64,000 bases of DNA from Takakia lepidozioides. Its lineage: Eukaryota > Plantae > Bryophyta. Shown one piece after another: positions 38,800-58,710 of this stretch. The position numbers were made by a program, and so were the translations under genes. The notes beneath the pieces are model-generated. The model was not told the DNA's origin, searched no databases, and saw only the letters and a list, made by a program, of their open reading frames with translations. The stretch spans positions 2,232,001-2,296,000 of the forward strand of contig CM060733.1 in NCBI GenBank assembly GCA_030704615.1. Direction: 5' to 3'. How positions within the stretch are numbered: the first letter of the stretch is position 1; the number at the start of each line of letters is the position of its first letter.

Positions 38800-39574
38800 C
38801 CGCACTCTTCGTTGCTCAGCCATAGCCAAACTGATAATCCAAGTCAAGCAATTGAGATCCATTGCTTGCCCCAACATCTAACGACGCGATGCCTCAGAAA
38901 GAGACGGCACCGCCGTGGTACCAGTGGTAAAACCCATTGCCCGCTCACGCTCGTCAGCATTAGGCTCCACTAACTGCTGCAACTGAGCATCCCACAGGAG
39001 GCCAGGTCCACTATCCCGGTCCTGGGAAGCTGAGTAGTATAGGTAATGTTGCTCGTGGTTGACCCACCTTGTTGACCACTGCCAAAGGCGAACGGTCATC
39101 GTGTCTCACACGCTGAGACTGCTTCCCTGTGTCCAAAATGCTATCCACTGTGAGGTGTGCTGGCCGCTGCACCCCATCAAATGCACGCTTGAGCAGTGCG
39201 GGTGGCATCAAGTTAGTCCACCATAGCCGTGGACGATGAGCCCGTGACCCCACTGTAGCTGCATCTAGCAACACTGCTGACCCAAGCCACGACCGGACTT
39301 GATGCACACTGGCCATCACCCTGGCCCGAGAATCGCTCATTAGTGGCACATTCTCCAAGATGTATGCTGGAGATACAGCTTGATGAAGCTGCAAGTGGCG
39401 CGAAACCCGCACCATCTCCCAAAACAGACCCGACCTCGAGTCTTGCAATCCATTGTCATGCCCGGCTGATGAATGCTCTTGGCAGGGCCAACCTGCCACT
39501 ACCAGATCAATGGAGCCAACCTGCTCCAAATCATGCGCCCCCAGCTTCCGAGGTGGTATGTGCCCATTATACAA
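38800..39574 (-). pseudogene. DNMT3-like C5 cytosine DNA methyltransferase domain within the gypsy pol
   Basis: Motif IV DLVVAGWPCQ, SGLFWE, motif VI ILENVP, motif VIII HRPRLWWTNL and motifs IX-X ERERAMGF...RR*MLGQAM. Motif I lost by truncation. Confidence 0.88.
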
Positions 39575-39811
39575 CCTGAGAAGGGATATAAAGGAGAGCC
39601 GGGCTCTCTTCCCCTACCTCTTACTATTTACTAAGGGCGCTACCACATGAGCGGCATTGGAAGTCCCCACAACCTGCTAAAGCTGATTGGTCCCGACAAC
39701 AAGAAGGTAATGTGACGTGGTGCTTATGTAGAGCCTCTCCGCGAAAATAGGATTTTCCAGGACTATTGCCTCGAAATAGTCCTGAAAATCCGAAATGTTA
39801 GGGAAACATAT

Positions 39812-39988
39812 AAAAAAGGTGGACGCGTTGTCGAAGCAAGCGTAACTTATGGTGTCACTTGACCCATAGGGCTACTGCCTTCTGGTCGAGAGGTGGACAC
39901 CGTAATGACTTCCAAGAGGTGGATTGAACCCACAACCACTCGTGAGAGGGTATGTGCCCTTACCACTGGGCTCCATGCTGATTGTCAA
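39812..39988 (-). mobile_element. tRNA-derived SINE copy 2, ending in a T6 Pol III-like terminator
   Basis: Minus strand reads GAGCCCAGTGGTAAGG (A box)...GGTTCAATCC (B box)...GCGTCCACC TTTTTT. Confidence 0.72.
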
Positions 39989-40339
39989 TACGAAGAAACT
40001 TCTTTGTCGTGATATGCTCCTTCCCGCCGTGGAGCTCATTTGAGTAATTCATTTTTGCTTCTCAACTATCTGTTCTGTGCCCGATTGCCGCTCATGTGGT
40101 AGCGTTGTTTTGTTTTTGCTGACATGGGCCTACTCTCCATAACATTACTATGCTACAATCCTAGCCAGGAACTTCCATTTCACTCCAGCTCACTGCCGCT
40201 CGGGTGGTAAGGCCCTAAGTTACTACTTACTAAGTTAGTACCTAGTGGGATTTGCACACGCAGGGCCCCAAAAAGAATAAATGCAAACATGAACCATAGA
40301 TGTATTAATCAACATGGACAATGAGCTGAACAATCTCAT

Positions 40340-40900
40340 TCATTTTCCTCTCTGCATCTGTTTATTGTTCAAAGGTAGGCTCCCCGCCCCCAACATAAAT
40401 TTCAGTCCGGTGCCAAGGGTAGGTAGGCCCTTCAGATCATACTTAATGTCCTTGCCCCATGTAATAGACCGGAAACAACTTCAGGGAAGTTTCCACTTAA
40501 CTTCATTTTCATGTTCATTTTCACCTGAGAGTCTTTGGGCCTAAGACATGGCTTTGGACAACCCCCTCCGAATTAACTTCTTCCAATAGAGCCAATTCTT
40601 TTGGCATAACATTCAGATACTGTCTACTCTTCCACCAAGATAGCCTGATTAACAGGACAGTGTTGCTTCCAAGAAATGTTGCCATTTATCTTAGGGCATC
40701 CGGTATTAGGCATGAGATTCAATTGACCCCACCATCCGAACTTGAATTCATCATGTTGAGAGCCCAAAGGAGGTATGCCAAACTCAGCCAAAGCAACCAC
40801 ATCAGCTAGCAATCACATACATGCTTTCTTTGAGGACCATGACCTGAATGGATTCTAGAGATTTAGCATGGTTGGAATTGTCGATGTGTACTTCAACCCC
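40340..40900 (-). mobile_element. LINE family L-A internal fragment
   Basis: Homologous to 49790-50220 (AEFGIPPL...WWGQL...SWKQ; GTGLKF). Confidence 0.7.
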
Positions 40901-40984
40901 GGCCTAATACCATTGCAAGGCATAGTCCTTTTAACTTTAGTACTAATCCCTTTGAAGTGGTGAGACCCAAAGGTTTTGAGTTTA

Positions 40985-41470
40985 ATGTACTCATAAGACG
41001 TTGTTTCCGTAGCCTTGTGGCCATTGACCCCGCGCCTAGTTTGAGCAGAACACAAAGGGACAGAACCTACCTTTTTCAGGGGCTGACGCTAGTTGTAAGA
41101 CTTACCTTGGAATAGACAATTGATCCAGGTTTTCCAGATATCTCTAGAAATCCCTTTACACAGGCGTCAACCTGCTTGTGTGGTTTGCCCAATAACTAGG
41201 CCCCAAAAGAGCCTGGGCTTTTGGCTCAGCCCCGAGAGTTTCAAAGTTGGTAAACAGAGGTACAGGCACAATTTCCTTGATAGATTTGAAGAGAGCGGCT
41301 CTCTGGTGAGAGAACCCTGGACAATGAATCAGAAAATATATTGTCTTCAGGTTGCCCGCACAGCGGGCAATTGCACTCTCCCTTTCGTCTCTGCTTTTGT
41401 TTGCTGTTCAAAGGGAGGCTTCCCGCCTCGATGTCACAGACTGGAAACAAGTTTAGGAGGTTTTCTGCCT
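40985..41470 (-). mobile_element. LINE family L-A 3' fragment (CCHC zinc finger plus tail)
   Basis: GSLPLNSKQ...CPLCGQPED..F..HC, plus the shared 3' terminal motif. Confidence 0.8.
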
Positions 41471-41776
41471 AACTTCATTAGACAAACAGAGAGAGAGGAT
41501 GAGGTAGGGACGGAATAGTAATATGCAGTTGCCCAGGCTTACCTACAAAGTTGATCCTGACATGAAAAGACGTCAAGGGCTCTTTGGCAAAATACTGTCC
41601 TCTTAAACAGATGACCCAGATTTTCCAATCTTGGCATAGAATACCTGACAGTGCAGAAGCAACCCACATACAGATCAACATCCACTCCAATATACATCTG
41701 GCGAAAATCTCTCTTTAGATCTTTCCAAAACCCAATTGTATTTCCTCCAGACTTTCACCAAGCTGACTTGCACTGG

Positions 41777-44485
41777 TTATTTCTTCTCCCTCCGAAGGTG
41801 CTCATTAGTTGCCAAAGGCAGATACCATTCCGGGCCAAAACCAGCCGCAGCTCTTGCACTCTCATTAAATGGAGCCTTCAATGGCCCTCGGAAGTATTTC
41901 CGAACAACAGCATGAAAGGCAGCCACTACATGCTCTGGACTACCGCTACTTCCTCCCAGCGCTTCTCGAGGGAGTTTGCCACCTTGGAAGCTTGAGGCGC
42001 CACTCCTGCTCAGAACTTCCTTGATTCCAACTCTCTCTCCAACAGCAGCACCTTCCTCTGCCTCCACACCTGCCAAGGAGCACATGGAATGTGCCAACTC
42101 CAAAATCTGGGTGTTCCCATCGCTGAGAACCTCAAACATTTGCGAATTGCTGTCACTTAATGTAGCATTGACTGTTGGTTCCTTATGTACAATATCTGCA
42201 CAGTTTCTCTCGCATCTATTGCTACACCCCTCACCCTGATGAGCCTCTAGTTGTGTTTCTGACCTTTCCTCTTTTGGAGGACACTCCTTTGTAATCCCCA
42301 AAACCCCATTGCAGTGGAAGGCATTAGGGGCTGGCACAACTGTCCGGGCTGCCCGTTGGCAAAAAAATGTGAACCATTTTACACCAGCAGCACAGTGAGT
42401 GATTTCCTCCGGAAATATCACCGACTCCAATAAACTAGCAGTGGGGTAGTCACCTCCTTTCCGAAATCGAGAAATTGTGGTTGGTAGAACATCTAAACCC
42501 CGCGCCTGTATGCAGCCATAAAACACCGTCACTAACACCGAGAGTGCTCATAAGACGTAACACCATGAGAGAGAGAAAACTGGTCTATCAGGTGGACAGT
42601 AAGCCAGGATAGATTGTGAGCAACTTAGTTAAGAACCCACCATAAGTGCCAAGTTCCTCCAATAGCCCATACAGGACGACAGTACATATAGCTCAGCAGG
42701 AACACCAACACACAGTGTACAGCATCAAAAATCTTTTCGCCCCCACTCCTCTCCCTCTCTACCTCTCTCTCTCTTTTCTTCCCCTCTTATGCACATGATC
42801 TCTCAAGGACAGTAAAACGTCAAAGCCAAGCATTGGGGGCAAGAATAGCAGTGGTCAAAAGGGCATTGAATTTTCCAGGATGATGTCTGCAGCAGCCCTT
42901 CCATCAACACTCACTTTTGTACTGCCAGACTGTAGCAAAGTGCTACACCAATTTCGGACTGAGATTCCAGACCATGGTGGGCACAAACCCAACAACTGGC
43001 TCTGGGAGGGTTGACATCCAGCTTGAACAACCAATTCAGTAGGCAAAGTTGGTAGAGAAAGGACAATTGAGGATCTCTCTACATGTCCCCATCTGGGACT
43101 TCCCGAATCAAACACACTGACCTTCCCAACTGCCGCTTCCCAAGCCCAAAGGGAAGGGAGGCACACCTCATGAACACAATGTTCCACTGCAAGACGAGCA
43201 GAGAGATCATGGGCAGTAGCCTCTGCCGAATCCCAGAGACCATCATGAGCAGGTAATGCACCATAGTAGGACCCTAGCTCTTCCAACCTTGCAGCAAGCA
43301 ACCGAAAATGGCGGCCTTCATCCTGGGCAACCTTCACAAAGTCATCAAAAAAGTCCCTGGGCATTGCCTCTGCCTTCCCAAATCGGGCAATAATGTCCTG
43401 CATAGAGAGAAGGAGAGAAATAAAAATGAGAGAGAGGAAGGAAAGAATGGCCAAATGTGCAGGAGATAAAAGGCTGAGATTTTTGGATCTATTCATAATG
43501 GAGCCTACTCAAAACATTTTGGAGAAGCCAGTGATCGAGGGGTTGAGAATGGTGTTGAAGGGAAGCACAACGATATAGCAGAGATAAGACCAAAAAGAAA
43601 GTGCAGACTGACAATTATGCTTTGTTTAAAGACTGCAAACTCACCCAGCTTAAATCTATGGCCCAGCTCTCAGTATGGACAAGGCTATGCAGAAGGGCCT
43701 GACGACTGTGTAGACTGCCACCCTTCCCAAGCTTCGGCATGTTGCTCGGGGACACCAAACGCACCTGCCATCACCATCCATCCATGCATCTCCTTCATTC
43801 CTTCCTGCCATCCTACATCCCTTCCCATATCTGCATTTCAGCCCCAACCCAGACGCACACACTCTCACTCTGTCCTCCCCCTGCTGTCGCCCCTCCTTTG
43901 TCTTTTTCCCAACTTGGGGTACACAGCATCTATGGCCATGTCGATGATGGGAAAGCAACCAAATAATGAGATCTCTCTCTCCCCATGTCCTCTGTCCAAT
44001 ACCCATGATTTCCCACTGATAGCTCAACTCATATTGCAAACTGACCCAGAATGCTCATTTTTCTCTTGCTTCTCTACTTACCAAGTTCAACTTAATTTGG
44101 GCCAAATTCTACCTACTCAAAACGCAGGGGAGATGGTGGAGGAGGGAAGGGGAAAATATTCTCAAGTTGAACACAGCGGCACTAGGGGAGAAGAAAAGGA
44201 GCTTTCTCTCCAACACAACAGACGACCAAAAACACACACAGTTTACAAGAGAAAGCGGGAACAAACGCTTACTGTAGGAAGCCGAGCAGGGCGATCCGGC
44301 ACAGGCAAGGCATCTATGGAATCATCATATGCAACCCGCATTTCGCCCTTCAGCCACAGACTGGCCGCAGCATCTCCGTACGCAGCTTTCGTCCACGGAT
44401 CCTCCGCATTCAGCACTTTCAGAGCTGCCATGACCAAAGTATCCGAGCTGGATGGACCAACATCATCCTTTTGCAGTTCCTCCAT
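41777..44485 (-). CDS. DUF455 family ferritin-like protein (4 exons)
   Basis: Exons 44485-44273, 43764-43645, 43397-43167 and 42505-41777. Motifs PDRPAR, LHSLVHTESWAIDLSWD, DEGRHF, HCVHEARGLD, EEITHCAAG and PFNESARAAAGF. Confidence 0.9.
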
Positions 44486-45095
44486 CTTCTGCGCTATGTG
44501 GGTGCTCTTCTTTTAGCAATCAGGTTCGTGCTTCCCTTGCGCACTTAAGCTATTGGCAATCGGTCACATGACTTTTTCAGGCGTTCTAGGTGGTAGGCGA
44601 ACCCACGTGGCTGGGCTACCAGGTTGCCGTGTTATGTAAAAAGCCTTATAATAAGCAGCAGATGAACCTGATTCCCGAAGATACTTACACCCCCACCTGG
44701 CTGCTACCATCATGATGCAGCAATCTAGAGTACTGCAGCGTGCACTTCTAGGTGGCCACAAGGCGGGAAAGCGCCGTCACTGCGCAGTCTTTGGATAAAT
44801 GTACATAACAGCTCCTGTGGGCAGCTAGAAGAAGCAATGCTTTGCTAGAGGGTGAGGGAGATGAAGAGAGGGGGGCGGGTTTCTAGATTTGGACCCAGAG
44901 AAGAGTTGACGGAAAGGATTATTAGCAGGTTATAATTGAGAGCGCTGTGCGAAAGAGGTCGGTTGTGGGAGTAGTAAAGTGCACTTGTTGTTGACTGCTC
45001 AATTAGAGTGAGTTTTTGGGAATTGAAGCGATTGCAAGTGCTAGAGGAAGTGAGCGCATTGTTCAGGAAGCATACAGCCATTCGGCGTTGGAGAA

Positions 45096-47411
45096 ATGGG
45101 AGATGAAGACCTGGCAGATGTGGGGGATAGGTTGCAGCTGTATGAGCTTGGTTATTCCATAGATAGAGCTTCGAAGACTTTCAACAAAGAGGTCCTGTTG
45201 GAGGTTCATGTGAAGGTCATGGAGCGGTTTGAGGATCGCTACAGAAGCTTCGACGCTGTCGATCCCCAGTGCGGGACATTATTAAAAGCCCTGCCTATTA
45301 TTGATGATGTGTCTATGGGTTCTCCTGAAGGCATGTTGACAGGCTTGCGAGCTGTTGGTATGAGAGTTTTGACAGTGGGCGAGCGCGGCAATGGACTTGT
45401 TCTGTATGCCCATCTCTGCGCCAAAGCTTTTATCGTGGCGTGTTGCCAAAGTCTTCTGGAGGATGAGGAGGGCTTGGGGGTGAGGCTCCTCATCTATGAT
45501 TATGCCGTCATGAATAGCTCCTGGGATGAAGTGCAGTCGCGTTATCCGGAGGGTGCTAAGGTGGCGATCAAGCAGCCATTCTTGAAACGCCTGAAAGATA
45601 AGAGTATTGCCCTGCATGTCGATCATGCCCGGGACATTGTAGTGTTATCCGGCGGCAGCCCCTTGGACGCTTTGGATGCAAACGCTCTACGCGCTCGAGG
45701 AAATTCCAGGTTTGCTAAAACCGATTTTACTGGAGCCATCGAACTCCACTCCCGATCTATTAAAAAGTGCATGGAAGAGAACCCATGGACCTCCCAAAGA
45801 ACGAATACATGCAGGAAAGCGGGTGAATCGATTGAAGAGGGTGGTCCAGAGAGATGGAGGTAGCGGTACTGTCGTATTCGAATAGAGCAGAAGCATGGAT
45901 GAAGCTGTGCAACTATGATAACGCTTTGGCAGATGCCAACAAAGCACTTGAGTGGGAGCCTGGATATGTGAAGAGCATGGTGCGGAAGGGATGTGCATTG
46001 CATGGCCTCCATGAATATAGCCAAGCTTTGACGTGTCTGGAGACAGCCCTCGCCTGCGGCCCAGACGACAAGGTCATCCTGGCAACGCTTGAAAGGAGTA
46101 GGAGCTGTGGAGCTCAAAGCTCATCTGGAATGTTTAGCGACGTCCTCTCCTCTTTTCTGCTAAACGGTGGAACAGGCAACCCACCGGAGTGCGGGGAGTA
46201 CGTTGGGCCTGTGGAGGTGCGTATGGTGCAAGGCAAGCGTCAGAGGGGTCTATTTGTGAACAAAGATGTGCAAGCAGGAGATCTACTGCTGGTGAGTAAT
46301 GCACTGGCAGTTGGACGCCCTGAGAACGACTGCAGCTTCGAGTTTGGGATGATGTGTATTGCAGGGAAGGTCGGCATGGCGGTGAAGGAAGATTTAATGT
46401 CTGCCCTTTCTGCTGCTCTTCTGACTTCCCTAGCTCCTTCAAAGCGGTTGCATCAACTTTATAGCTTGGCTGAGGGGGATGGGCAGAGACCTCTGACTCT
46501 TCCAGCCATGGCCCTATTCCAGCCCAGTAGTGGTTGGGTGCCCACTAGTTCAGAGACCTTGGAGTTTGAATTGAAAGGGTCCGTCGTATCGTCTCGCACA
46601 ATTGCATGCTCGAGTCCAGATTTCTGGCCAGGCATCTGATGGGGAAAGAGTGCATTAGCCCGGGTGTGGGCCTTTGGGTGCTCCCATCTTTCATCAACCA
46701 CTCCTGTGCTCCCAATGCAGGAAGAATGCATGTGGGAGATGCTCTATTCCTGCATGCCATGCGCGACTTGCAGGCAGGGGAGGAGATCACACCCTTGACT
46801 ATGGCAACGGTGATGATATACTGATGCCGGTGAATGTGCGGCAGATCCAGACACGCCAATGGGAGTTCCATTGCAAGTGTACCCGCTGCACCTTCGAGGA
46901 GAAAATCTTCACTGAATTTCACGAGAAATTTGCCTCTCTTAAAAAGTTGCAGAATGTGCAGATTCCTCTAGTTAAAGAACCCAACCGTCCGCCCCCTGAT
47001 TACAAGCAGTTTTGCAAACTCGTTCACATGCTAGAGCAGGTCTTGGATTCCCTCATCACGTTCAAGCCAAAAGAGAAGATGCTGATTCGAGCTTCATTTG
47101 CGTTGATATACTTCAAAAATTTTGAGTATGTGGCATTGCGCCCACTGTCTGGGTTCACGCCACCACCAGCAGAGACCGTGGTCGATCTCATAGCTGAGGT
47201 CTGCCCAAATCACGACGCTGCCTTCCATGTTGCGGTAGTGAGGTTGAACGATTTTGTGAGAAAAGGAGACCAAGTCAGCCCTGCGTTCCAAAGAGCAGAC
47301 CAGCAGGCTAAACAGATTTGTAGAGCTAGGTTGGGGAAGCAGAGTGAGGCAGTAGTTGCCGCTGCAATCCAAGCACGAGCTCAGGTCAGCTACGGTGTTA
47401 GGCAGCCTTGA
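45096..47411 (+). pseudogene. Intronless TPR + SET lysine methyltransferase (SDG35/ATXR1-like), broken by three apparent frameshifts
   Basis: TPR: LRARGNSRF, YSNRAEAWMKL. SET-N: RGLFVNKDVQAGDLLLV. SET-C: SFINHSCAPNA...GEEIT. Post-SET: FHCKCTRC. These are spread over four ORFs in different frames with no evident introns. Confidence 0.8.
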
Positions 47412-48329
47412 CCTGGTTGTGGGTGCTGGGGAGTGTTTTCCAAATTTTGTGCGTAAGAGTGCCAGAATTTTTAGTGCATAGAAGTTTTGGTCTGGAGCCC
47501 TTGGAGTGAAAGGAGGTTCTGCTTGTGTTTCTGGAATCACAGGGACTTCTACACATGGTTCTGTAATTCACCCAGTACCGGCAAGCGCACATTACATTAC
47601 AAAACAAAAATTTCTCTCTCCCTCCATGGACTACCACCCAGGCTTCCACTTGTGCATCGCACTGTTTTACAGACTAGGACAGTGGGCCTGAGATGAACTC
47701 ACTAAGTCATGGAGGATTAGTAACATGCGATAAAAAGGTCATGTGAAGTTAGAGGAAAGCTTGGGAGGGTTAAAGATGTTGCAGATGAGATCTGCCACTG
47801 CCCGGAACCTCATTGCAGATTTGCAATAGAACAAGATATTACATACCCAGTTCAGCAAAGTCTTCACCTTTTCGATGCATCCTGTGTGGAAAACACCAGG
47901 ACAGGTAGAAGAGCCAGTGAAAGTTTGCTTGGGAAAGTCATGAGGTAATCATTGGAATGTGAAGCTTGACTCTGGCTTCACTCTGAAAACTCTAAATCGG
48001 GTTTAGCTTGGCAGCAGTGATATCAAGCAGTCTGCTAATCAAAAGAGCAGCTATCCACACCTGGTACAAATCTAACATTGGCCTGATGGAAGATAGATCT
48101 TCTGCATGAGTAAAGGACGGTAGTCACAGCAATACAACTCATTTTCACCACCATGACATGGGCTTGGATACAACAATGCGCTCTGTTATATACCTAGGAA
48201 CCGTAAAACATCCAAAATACTCTCACCAATGCTTTCTTCATCTGAACTATCCTTAAAAAGGAAAACCTTATCCTGCAGGGCTCTAATCAAATCAATGTAC
48301 ATATGCGCATATAGGTACAGCTATTGCAA

Positions 48330-55454
<7,125 letters not shown>

Positions 55455-56102
55455 GGCTGCCAAATCCTTCAAATCTTTCAAACATCAACCGACAGCGGTA
55501 CAAATAAGACCTCAGACTCTCCAATATAAACCCTTCAATGTAAATGTGAAATCTAAACGAAACCCAACTGCTCATAACAGAGCAAACAGCGTGAATCAAA
55601 TCAACAAGATCCAACAAACTCCAGTAACTATGCATACACACATCTGGTGCATGCACCCACAGCAATGGTGTGCAGGTTACAGAGTAGGTGCCTTCATTTG
55701 TTCTCTGCAGCGTCAATCCATCCGAAATCTCAAGAAAAGTTTCTGATTTTGTTAAACCTACCTTCCACAGATTTGTCTCAGTAGCCCTAAACGCCCAACT
55801 TGAAGGTAATAACAACTGGAAATTTTATATCTCCCATCAACAAGGATTACACTTTCACCACTGTAAAATATTCAACATAATTGTTGAATGACACCATAAT
55901 TTACATTTCCTTTCGACATCGTGTGTGTATGTATATATATATATATATATGTGCTAGTCATATGTTGAGTAGTTCAAACTTCAAACCATTCACATCAAAT
56001 GGGTCCTGATGAGATGGTAGCAAGGAATATAATTAGGTAATTTCAAAGCAAAAAATTTAAAAATATATATATGAACCGAAGGAAGCATAAATTATGATCT
56101 CC

Positions 56103-56220
56103 TGACCCCTAGGGCTACCACCTTCCGGCGGGAAGGTGGACACCTTTGTGAAATCGATCGGTGGATTGAACCCACAACCACTTCCAAAGTCTTATATGCC
56201 CAATACTATTGGGCTGAGTA
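56103..56220 (-). mobile_element. tRNA-derived SINE copy 3 (partial)
   Basis: GTGGTTGTGGGTTCAATCCACC...GGTGTCCACCTTCCCGCCGGAAGG on the minus strand. Confidence 0.65.
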
Positions 56221-56325
56221 CAACTTGGTTGTTGCAATAAATAGGTACATGTTTATGTTTAGCCCAATATGCTTTTTGTAATACCACACTAGGGCTACGC
56301 ATTGCTCCGCACTAGTGGTGATGAC

Positions 56326-57081
56326 CAGTGTTGGGCGGTTCTTGCCTTTGTGAAGGAACCTTCGGTTCCGGTTCCACAAATTTTTGAAGAGACGGTTCCG
56401 GATCCGGATCCGGTTATTTTTTATTAAGGCGGTTCCGGTCCGGTTCAGGTTCCGACTTTTTAACATGGGGGCGGTTCCGGTTACCGGTTAGTTGCTGGAA
56501 AAAAAACACCGGTTCCGGTTAGGTTCCGGTTCTTTTTTAAAAATATATTAAATTCTTTTAATTTTTTATTCTTCTGGAAAATTAGATGAACTGATCTGAT
56601 TGGTCATACTGAGAATTTTCAACTAAAACCAGGGAATTTATTAGTAAAACAGAAGTAAATAAACTTATATGTTTTTTGTGATTGTCTTTTATGGTATATA
56701 TAACTAGTTATATATGCATGGTCTCCATTAAAAACGGAAAACCAGAGATTTTATAAGTTGTCGTACGGTGTAGCAAAGAACAACTAAAACAAACTAACTA
56801 CATAAGGATCTTAATTCAAAATACAAAACAAATTAAACATGTGTAATTCTATGGTTACCTTTTATGGTGCAGCAAAAGCACAACTAAAAAAAACTACATA
56901 AATTTGGACCGGAACCGGAACCGGAACCGCTTTGGAGATGGAACCGCCGGTTCCCACACATGTGGTCGTAGCTGGAACCGCCGGTTCCGGTTCCCACACA
57001 ATCCCCAATGAGCGGTTCCGGTTCCGGTTCCAGTTCTGCACAGGCGGGTCCGGTTCTGGTCCGGGTAACCGCCCAACACTG
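56326..57081. mobile_element. Non-autonomous hAT element (756 bp)
   Basis: Perfect 15-bp TIR CAGTGTTGGGCGGTT, 8-bp TSD GTGATGAC (56318-25 and 57082-89), and many subterminal CCGGTTCC/GGAACCGG repeats. Confidence 0.93.
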
Positions 57082-58694
57082 GTGATGACTTCTTATGAGA
57101 ACAATGTTCCTTTTGATTGGAAATGTATTTTATGCAAAAAAAATTAGGAACGGTATAAAAACTTAATGCAGACATGATCTGATGGTACTTTCGTCGGATT
57201 TAGGCAGCATGGCAGGCTTCCTATCAAATCTTCCCCACTTTTTTTACTCTGGATTCACTATTAGATATTTTAGAATGCAAGGGATTGTTAGACAGTGATG
57301 AGTAGCCTATTGGTAAGATATTGTTAAGGTGATGGTAGTGGAGGCGATGAGGTAGAAGATTTGATTCTTGATGGGTGGTAGTGTCATCTTTGGCTTCTAA
57401 GGTTAGTGTTACCCCTTTAATGTGTAACTCCTCTTAGTCCATTTTAAACAACCAAATTTGGACTTCGAGACCAAGTGTGAGTTACACCAAGTAGAGTTAC
57501 ACTCATCTGCCGTGTAACCAAGTATAACCTCAAGTGGAGTTACATTCCACACCATGTATCCCGACTGGAGTTTACAATCCATCTTTGTAAACCACTATCA
57601 CCTAGACTGAAGTTACATTCCTTTCAGTTCCATGTCACTCTTAAGACTAGATGGTGGGAAGATTCAATCTGTTGGAAATCGGCCTTCTGTCTTGTTAGAT
57701 ATTATACGTGTGCATAAACTCCATACATTCTTCCTATGGTTCTCTATTTTATGTGTTATTTTGTTACAATCACCTCAGCCAACTTCCCTCATCCCCCCGG
57801 ACACCCACGAACACAACTATGCTTAGTCAGTCCAAACAACCATGAGACCAATGCCAAAGCCACAGCAACCTTGCGTATTTATACATAGCCAGCAATAGAC
57901 AATTCAATCTACACTGGATGTCCCTACAGAGTCGTGACACCTCAAATAGACACATCTCTGAGTCATACTCGGACAACACTGAATCCGCCACATCCCATCG
58001 CGAACTAAGGGCCACGTTTTCAGGCGAAAACGAGGCCACCCCCATTGCAAAGCAGACAGCCTCAAGATCAAAAACTTCCACCAAACACACTGTGAGTTGT
58101 TAGGTGGTGAACATGTCCAGCACTCCAACTAGCTCCAAACGATCCCATGGAGCCACCAGCCATCCTGCGCCACCCTCTTTACAACCGCACGAGTCAATAT
58201 AACCACTTATGGGCACCAATGAGTTACTAGTGCATGCTTCACCTCCAATACCCACCAATACTAAGGGAATTGCACTCCCGCCTCGGCCGCCATCAAACAT
58301 CAATGCAGGGAGCGATCCACCTCCACCAATATAACCCAATGCGCAGAATGCTAGCAATGCAGTACCTAGTGGTTGTCAAGTTATTTTACCACTAGTGTGA
58401 AACTAGCTAGGAAATAGCTATCTTTTACATATTGACATTTGGGATTGGCCCAAGTGTCAATCCAGGGGTCAAGGCAGATTTAGGCCCTGGAGTGGTTATC
58501 TTCACGGCAAGCGCGGGAGGCTCATCTTTCTCGAGTTGAGCCTCACCGCGCCTAGCTATGGCGCCGTAGTGTGGATTCCCCATGGCGTGGGGTGCACTTG
58601 GCTTGACTTGTATTTGAGTGATGAGGTTATATATGCATGAGTTTATGCTTCAGCTTTGTGAGCTCGCATGAGCTTGTATTCTTCTTCTTTATCA

Positions 58695-58710
58695 CTCGAG
58701 AAAGATGAGC
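58695..58710 (+). promoter_or_regulatory. Putative self-priming primer-binding site
   Basis: CTCGAGAAAGATGAGC abuts the LTR-ending CA and is the exact reverse complement of GCTCATCTTTCTCGAG at 58520-58535. No TGG tRNA-type PBS is present. Confidence 0.75.

Larger units (their letters stand above)
34469..39580 (-). mobile_element. Ty3/gypsy LTR retrotransposon, 5'-truncated and degenerate: C5-MTase - RT - RNase H - integrase - PHD
   Basis: RT: LDLRSRYH, LPFGLKNAP, YIDD. RNase H: VAYASR...YEGECLAAVWAV...TDHQPL. Integrase: H2C2 HEELGHFG...CMVC and core DFAGP/TDQGREF/NGLVER. Gypsy domain order, with several stops and frameshifts. Confidence 0.93.

Noticed and set aside
34469-39580. Calling the element DIRS/Ngaro because of the split repeats and methyltransferase
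   Set aside because: It encodes an H2C2 + DDE integrase and a C5 (PC/ENV) MTase; no tyrosine recombinase or adenine MTase motifs are visible.
27705-39988. Inverted ~170 bp repeats bracketing the 12 kb TE cluster as TIRs of a giant transposon
   Set aside because: They carry Pol III A/B boxes and a third copy lies at ~56.1 kb, so independent SINE insertions are the simpler explanation. No TSD was seen.
43617-44516. 299 aa plus-strand ORF
   Set aside because: It is the antisense shadow of DUF455 exons and introns, with no recognisable motifs.
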